Source: Candidatus Electrothrix communis
GTDB lineage: Bacteria > Desulfobacterota > Desulfobulbia > Desulfobulbales > Desulfobulbaceae
Assembly (NCBI GenBank): GCA_030644725.1
Contig: CP130629.1
Span: forward strand, 651,572-675,571
Direction: 5' to 3'
Length of the DNA: 24,000 bases
The notes under the pieces: generated by a model
Databases searched by the model: none
What the model saw: the letters and a program-made list of their open reading frames with translations, nothing else
What the model was told of the DNA's origin: nothing
Program-made: the position numbers and the translations under genes
Part shown: positions 19,151 to 24,000 of the stretch, piece by piece
Numbering within the stretch: position 1 is the stretch's first letter
Layout of the letters: each line of letters starts with the position of its first letter

Positions 19151-20912
19151 AAAACGCTACGCAATCCTCATTGCCAGCAGCAGCTACCCGGATGAGCCGG
19201 GGCTGACAGATCTGCGTTGCCCGGCGAATGATGTTGATGCGCTGGATAAGGTGTTGCGTTCGCCTGATTTGGGTGGCTTTACCGAGACCGTTGTTTTTAA
19301 AAACCGGCCCAGCCATGAGGTGTTGGAGCGGATTGAGACCGTGCTGGGGGAGGCGGGCCGGGAAGATCTGGTGCTTATCTATTTTTCCGGGCACGGTAAG
19401 CTGAATCCGGCAGGCCAGCTCTGTCTGGCCACGGCAAACACCAAGTTGCGGGCACTGGGTTCAACCTCCATTCCGGCAGGGTCGATTAAATCCTATTTTG
19501 ATCATTCCGCGAGCAGGAAAAAGATTCTTCTTCTGGACTGCTGCTACAGTGGGGCTGTGGGTAAAGATTTCACCAAGGGCGGAGTGGGTGAGCAATTGCA
19601 GCTCATGTCCCGAGGTCAGGGCACCTTTATCATGACCGCTTCCACCGGGATTGAGGTGGCAGTGGAAAAGGAGGGCGATACGTACGGTCTGTTCACCAAG
19701 CATCTTGTTCAGGGGATTCGGTCTGGCGAGGCGGATAAAGATGAGGACGGTTTCGTGGACATGCAGGAGCTGTATGAGTATGTCCATGAAAAGGTGCGGG
19801 GGGAAGGTGCGCAGCAGCCCATGAAGTGGGATCTTCATGCTAAGGGAAAGCTGGTGATTGCCCGCAGCGGCAAAGCTTCGGGAGGAAAACAGCTGCGAGA
19901 GGCGAAGAGCATATTGTTCAGGCTGGCGGCAGAGGAACGGCTGACAGAGAGCATCGTGTTCGAGGCGGTCAAGCTCCTTACCCTCCCCAAGCAGGAGATG
20001 ACGGCAAAAGATCAAGAATGCAGCCTGCTGGTCCGGCAGCTTGTCGGCACGCAGATCAGCCCACCTGTCTTTATTGAACAATGGGTGAGGGCCTGTATCA
20101 CATACAAGTCTCACAAGTCGACGGAATCGAAAAAGGAACGACTTGGTCCATCGGTTGCATCTCAGCCGAAGGCACCTGTTGTCTCTCCTGGACAAGCCTC
20201 TAGGCCTACGCCGCAGCAGGGCGACACGATACAGGATGAACCCACCGGCATGGAGTTGGTTTATATTCCCAAGGGGTGTTTTCAGATGGGATCAAATGAG
20301 TATGATGGTGAAAAACCGGTGCATGAGGTCTGCGTGGACGGCTTTTGGATGGGGAAATATGAAGTCACCCAAGGGCAATGGAAGAATATAATGGGCGATA
20401 ATCCGGCCAATTTTCAAAAGGGTGATGATTATCCGGTGGAGCAAGTTTCCTGGGAGGATGCGCAGAAGTTCATTACCCAGCTGAAGAAGAGATCCGGGAA
20501 GGAATACCGCCTGCCCACTGAGGCGGAATGGGAATATGCTGCTCGGGCCAAGAGTTCGTACAAATATAGCGGCGGGGACGACTTGAATGCTGTGGCTTGG
20601 TATGACGGCAACAGCGGTGACAGCACGCATCCGGTAGGTCAAAAAAAGGCCAATGCCTTTGGATTGCACGATATGAGCGGCAATGTCTGGGAGTGGTGCG
20701 CGGATTGGTACGGCGAGAAATATTATGCCTCCAGTCCGAAAAATAATCCGACCGGGCCGGATTCCGGTACGTACCGTGTTCTCCGTGGCGGCAGCTATTT
20801 CGATAGCCCGGTGTTCTGCCGCTCTGTCTATCGGGATAGCGGCGGGCCGGGGTACCGTGACCGTTATGTCGGGTTTCGCTTGGTTCTTCCCTTCCAGGCA
20901 GCTGGAAGCTGA
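19143..20912 (+). CDS. Caspase-like peptidase C14 domain fused to a C-terminal FGE-sulfatase (SUMF1/C-type-lectin fold) domain
   Basis: The ATG at 19143 lies within ATGGCTGA, an 8-nt overlap with the upstream stop. The caspase core is KRYAILIASSSYPD...LRCPANDVDAL...LVLIYFSGHGK (His84)...KKILLLDCCYSGA (Cys133/134). The FGE-fold domain, from about residue 375, reads GMELVYIPKGCFQMGS...PVHEVCVDGFWMGKYEVTQGQW...YPVEQVSWEDAQKF...YRLPTEAEWEYAAR...GLHDMSGNVWEWCADWY...VLRGGSY...GFRLVL. Confidence 0.85.
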   Translation: MAEKRYAILIASSSYPDEPGLTDLRCPANDVDALDKVLRSPDLGGFTETVVFKNRPSHEVLERIETVLGEAGREDLVLIYFSGHGKLNPAGQLCLATANTKLRALGSTSIPAGSIKSYFDHSASRKKILLLDCCYSGAVGKDFTKGGVGEQLQLMSRGQGTFIMTASTGIEVAVEKEGDTYGLFTKHLVQGIRSGEADKDEDGFVDMQELYEYVHEKVRGEGAQQPMKWDLHAKGKLVIARSGKASGGKQLREAKSILFRLAAEERLTESIVFEAVKLLTLPKQEMTAKDQECSLLVRQLVGTQISPPVFIEQWVRACITYKSHKSTESKKERLGPSVASQPKAPVVSPGQASRPTPQQGDTIQDEPTGMELVYIPKGCFQMGSNEYDGEKPVHEVCVDGFWMGKYEVTQGQWKNIMGDNPANFQKGDDYPVEQVSWEDAQKFITQLKKRSGKEYRLPTEAEWEYAARAKSSYKYSGGDDLNAVAWYDGNSGDSTHPVGQKKANAFGLHDMSGNVWEWCADWYGEKYYASSPKNNPTGPDSGTYRVLRGGSYFDSPVFCRSVYRDSGGPGYRDRYVGFRLVLPFQAAGS

Positions 20913-21046
20913 TCCTGCTTTTCCCGTGAGCAAAGAAAAATGAGGGAGTGGAACAATGGCGGCAAGGAGCTGAGGGACGAAGCGATTGCAGCTATTGTGC
21001 AGCGAGTGAATATCGGGGATATGGGGCGAAGCCCCGGCGATTTTTT

Positions 21047-21275
21047 TGCCCCAACGGGGCTGTATATAACCAGCTCAAGGTAACACCCTGGGTACGTAGT
21101 GTATCCCGTCCGTTTTCTCGGGGTGTTACCCCGAGCTGATAAATATAACCCTTTCAGGGTATAAGGACCGCAGGCATGTTGTAGGGCGCAGACCCCTGTG
21201 CCTGCCCTGATTTTTACCGCGACATCATGCCCCAACAGGGCAATATCTAACCGGCTCAGGGTAACACCCTGAGTA
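21047..21275 (+). repeat. Composite hairpin-repeat cluster 2 (modules A-B-C-A)
   Basis: A is 21047-21095, B is 21117-21163, C is 21181-21210 and the second A is 21227-21275 (which contains the 8-bp stem CTCAGGGTaacACCCTGAG). The order is the same as in cluster 1, with about 80 percent identity by eye within modules. The cluster ends 10 nt before the ATPase ATG. It is preceded by a small GGGGCgaaGCCCC hairpin and a T7 run (21023-21047). Confidence 0.85.
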
Positions 21276-21285
21276 GAAAAACATC

Positions 21286-22851
21286 ATGCCAAAATACTTC
21301 AACACCACAGGCCCCTGCTTCCCCCGCCTCCATTACATGCTCCCACCCAAGGATCGCTTGGTCGGGGCCAGCCTGGACCGCTATATCCGCGATGAACTCT
21401 ACTGGGTACTGCACGCGCCCCGACAGACCGGCAAGACCACCTTTCTTCAATCCTGGATGCATGAGATCAACGCCGGAACCGAGGCCGTGGCCTGCTATGT
21501 CAGCTTGGAGAATTGCCAGGAGGTGACGGAAACGGAAGAGGCTATGCCGCTGATAGTGGATGCTGTCAGGAAATGGGCCGGAACCTTTAACCTGCCCGTG
21601 CCGGAGTATCCTGAGAAGGTCGCGCCGGGCAGTTCTGTCTCCGCTGTCCTTGAGAGTTGGGCAAAACAGGTTGCTCCCAGGAAACTGGTCGTGCTTTTTG
21701 ATGAGGTGGATGTTGTCGCAGGTCCGGCTCTGGTCAGCTTTCTCCGCCAACTCAGAAGTAGTTTTGCCGGACGCGGCGCAGGTGCATTTCCTGTCTCGGT
21801 GGCACTGGTGGGTATGCGTGATCTGCGGGACTATCTGGTGTCCAGCAAGGATGGCAGGCTCCTCAATCCAGGCAGTCCCTTTAATATCAAGCATGATTCA
21901 GCCACCCTGAGCAATTTCAGTCAGGCCGACATTGCCGACCTGACCTCCCAGCACAGCCAAGCAACCGGGCAGCAGTTCACCCCAAAGGCCCTGGAGCGGA
22001 TCTGGGCCTGTTCTTCCGGCCAGCCTTGGCTGGTCAACGCCTTATGCGAACAGATCGTTTACCGGATCATTCCTGAAGCGCAGACAGCGGTGCAGCCGGA
22101 GCATGTGGATCAGGCACGGGAACGGCTCATAGCCTCACGGGCCACCCATATTGATTCCTTGGGGGAACGCCTCCGGGAGGAGCGGGTGCGCCGGGTGATT
22201 CAGCCGATGATGATCGGGGAAAGTGACCCGAATTTAGGGCGTTCCGACCGCGACGTGGAGTTCTGCCTCGACCTGGGTCTGATCGCCTGGGATGGTTCAC
22301 TGGTGATAGCCAATGCGATTTATCGGGAAGTCATTGCCCGTTCCCTGAGTCAGAATTATCAGGACAATATTCCCGCCCCAGAATTCTCCTGGCAGCGGCC
22401 AGATGGCAGCTTGAACATGGACGCGCTGATGAACGAGTTTCAGAAGTTCTGGGCCTGGAATTCCGAGATATGGGAGGAAAAAGCCGACTATACCGAAGCC
22501 TTTCCTCATTTGCTCCTCATGGCCTTTCTCCAGCGTATTATTAACGGAGGAGGCAGGGTGGATCGGGAATACGCCGCAGGACGGGGACGGATGGATTTAT
22601 TGATCCGCTTTGGCGGTAAGAGTAATTTGGTGGAGATCAAGCTGGTGCATCCAAGGATGGGCCGGGAGGCGACCCGTGACCAGGGTCTGGAACAGGTTGA
22701 GCGTTATGCTGATCAAACCGGTCCTGATACCTGCCATCTGGTCATTTTTGACCGGCGTCTGGATCAGCGCAGTAAATCCTGGGAGGAACGGCTTTCCCGA
22801 GAATTCTGCATAACGTCGTCCGGGCGTTCCGTGGCCGTGATGTGGTGCTGA
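21286..22851 (+). CDS. ORC/Cdc6-like AAA ATPase fused to a C-terminal PD-(D/E)XK nuclease-fold domain
   Basis: The 521-aa ORF has the N-terminus MPKYFNTTGPCFPRLHYMLPPKDR, the FNT-x-GPC..HYML start seen in a widespread ATP-binding protein family. Walker A is HAPRQTGKTT and Walker B is KLVVLFDEVD. The C-terminus reads GRGRMDLLIRFGGKSNLVEIKLV, consistent with the D...E-x-K nuclease motif. Confidence 0.75.
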   Translation: MPKYFNTTGPCFPRLHYMLPPKDRLVGASLDRYIRDELYWVLHAPRQTGKTTFLQSWMHEINAGTEAVACYVSLENCQEVTETEEAMPLIVDAVRKWAGTFNLPVPEYPEKVAPGSSVSAVLESWAKQVAPRKLVVLFDEVDVVAGPALVSFLRQLRSSFAGRGAGAFPVSVALVGMRDLRDYLVSSKDGRLLNPGSPFNIKHDSATLSNFSQADIADLTSQHSQATGQQFTPKALERIWACSSGQPWLVNALCEQIVYRIIPEAQTAVQPEHVDQARERLIASRATHIDSLGERLREERVRRVIQPMMIGESDPNLGRSDRDVEFCLDLGLIAWDGSLVIANAIYREVIARSLSQNYQDNIPAPEFSWQRPDGSLNMDALMNEFQKFWAWNSEIWEEKADYTEAFPHLLLMAFLQRIINGGGRVDREYAAGRGRMDLLIRFGGKSNLVEIKLVHPRMGREATRDQGLEQVERYADQTGPDTCHLVIFDRRLDQRSKSWEERLSREFCITSSGRSVAVMWC

Positions 22852-22856
22852 ATCGG

Positions 22857-23033
22857 TTGCTCGGGCTGTTTTACCCCGAGCTGATAAACGTAGGGACGCA
22901 GATCCCTGTGTCTGCCCTGAATATCCGGGCACACTAAACCGGGTAGGCACAGGGACCTACCCCTACGATAATGATGCCGAGGCCCATGCCCCAACAGGGC
23001 TGCATATAACCAGCTCAACGTAACACCCTGTGT
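22857..23033 (+). repeat. Composite hairpin-repeat cluster 3 (modules B-C-C(inverted)-A)
   Basis: B is 22857-22888, C is 22889-22920 and an inverted C copy is 22941-22967 (gggtaggcacagggacctacccctacg). A is 22986-23033. The cluster fills the whole 186-bp gap between the ATPase stop and the convergent AIM24 stop. Confidence 0.85.
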
Positions 23034-23037
23034 CACC

Positions 23038-24000
23038 CTACTTCTCAAAGAGCGTAGAGATATTCCCGAGCACAGACCCCTCACCAACGCTCTCTCCGCC
23101 AGCTTTGGGCGCAGCAGCCCAGATTCGTCCGGCCAGCCGGGAAAAGGGCAGAGATTGCAGCCAGACATGGCCCGGCCCGCGCAGACTGGCAAAGAAAAAG
23201 CCCTCGCCACCAAACACAGCTGATTTCACATTGCCCACATACTCAATATCATAATTCACAGTCTGGGTCAGGGCGACTAGGCAGCCGGTGTCTACCCGCA
23301 GGGTTTCTCCGGCCTTGAGCTCCCGTTCAACGATGGTGCCGCCTGCGTGGACAAAGCAGAGGCCGTCGCCGTCCAGCTGCTGCATGATGAATCCTTCCCC
23401 CCCAAACAAGGCCGTACCGAGTCTTTTCTGAAAGGCGATTCCGATGGCAACCCCCTTGGCTGCACAGAGAAAGGCGTCCTTCTGGCAGATGATCCTGTTG
23501 CCGTACTGACTCAGATCCAGAGGGATAATCTTGCCCGGATACGGGGAGGCAAAGGCGACCTTGCCCTTGCCCTGACCCTCAAAGGTGAACATGGTGACGA
23601 ACAGCCCTTCGCCGGTGATCAGTCGTTTACCCGCCCCAAGCATTTTATCAAAAAAACCGCCTTGCTGGGAGGAGGCAGAGCCGTCACCAAAGATGGTGTC
23701 CATCTTGATAAAATCGCTCATGTACATCATGCTGCCCGCCTCGGCTACTACGCTTTCCTGCGGATCGAGTTCAATCTCGACAAACTGCATTTCGTGACCG
23801 AAAATCTCGTAATCAATCTCGTGGGCCTGCCGTCCGCTCATGGAAGGAGGCATGCGGCCTGCCGCCGTATCGGGAGCAGTCAGTTCTTTGACCTGTTCCA
23901 CTGGCAACCAATCGTTAAATCCTTCCCGCCAGACCATGGTGGCCAGGTTATACTGGCCGGATCGTACCCCGGCGATCATCTGTTCAGGGGAAAAAGGACC
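23038..24000 (-). CDS. GYF_2 domain - AIM24/TIGR00266-family fusion protein (5' end beyond the window)
   Basis: The frame stays open to the window edge: ...[40 protein letters not shown] is a GYF_2-type motif. The AIM24 core follows: [34 protein letters not shown]...[31 protein letters not shown]...[44 protein letters not shown]...[23 protein letters not shown]. Confidence 0.8.
   Translation of the reverse strand, partial: GPFSPEQMIAGVRSGQYNLATMVWREGFNDWLPVEQVKELTAPDTAAGRMPPSMSGRQAHEIDYEIFGHEMQFVEIELDPQESVVAEAGSMMYMSDFIKMDTIFGDGSASSQQGGFFDKMLGAGKRLITGEGLFVTMFTFEGQGKGKVAFASPYPGKIIPLDLSQYGNRIICQKDAFLCAAKGVAIGIAFQKRLGTALFGGEGFIMQQLDGDGLCFVHAGGTIVERELKAGETLRVDTGCLVALTQTVNYDIEYVGNVKSAVFGGEGFFFASLRGPGHVWLQSLPFSRLAGRIWAAAPKAGGESVGEGSVLGNISTLFEK

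Noticed and set aside
19461-20933. Minus-strand ORFs 19461-20195 (244 aa) and 20292-20933 (213 aa)
   Set aside because: They are antisense to the caspase-FGE gene, whose domains are clearly recognisable. The antisense translations are R/L/P-rich and carry no motifs.
20940-21083. 47-codon ORF (MREWNNGGKELRDEAIAAIVQRVNIGDMGRSPGDFF...) just after the caspase gene; considered as an Avd-like DGR accessory protein or a small antitoxin
   Set aside because: It is too short, has no SD, and its 3' half is simply a read-through of repeat module A. It has no similarity to Avd four-helix-bundle motifs.
18406-23033. Whether the repeat clusters form a CRISPR array
   Set aside because: The repeats are of three different module types, have irregular spacing of 10-30 nt, lack uniform spacers and are separated by whole genes. 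No cas genes are present.

Overview
The gene content suggests an anaerobe, possibly a Desulfobacterota/deltaproteobacterial-type organism; this is inference only, since no rRNA or tRNA is present. The window has three parts.

(1) 1-13.9 kb holds core anaerobic redox metabolism and metal supply. It contains the 5' end of Ni-CODH cooS, a 3.57-kb pyruvate:ferredoxin oxidoreductase gene split by a single-base frameshift, a Nik/Cbi-type ECF metal transporter (M, L-like, K, Q) with no ATPase gene, and a 61-aa 2x[4Fe-4S] ferredoxin. Patchwork DNA is interspersed among these: an orphan livH permease, a convergent TPM/LemA pair, a degraded transposase, a Tat-lipoprotein gene between duplicated terminator repeats, and a HAD hydrolase stub.

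(2) 14.1-18.3 kb carries a secreted, very acidic protein with about 36 cysteines in 28-residue tandem repeats plus a beta-rich C-terminal domain. It also carries two membrane proteins (one TM2-domain), an IscA/HesB-like protein with an extra Cys-rich tail, and a DOMON-like protein.

(3) 18.4-23.0 kb is an accessory island divided by three clusters of one composite hairpin-repeat family. Cassette 1 is an EACC1-like small protein translationally coupled to a caspase (peptidase C14)-FGE-sulfatase-fold fusion. Cassette 2 is an ORC/Cdc6-like AAA ATPase fused to a PD-(D/E)XK nuclease domain. I regard cassette 1, possibly acting with cassette 2, as the best candidate for an uncharacterised conflict/defence system.

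The window ends inside a GYF_2-AIM24 (TIGR00266-type) gene. All family assignments come from motif recognition by eye. No database searches were run.
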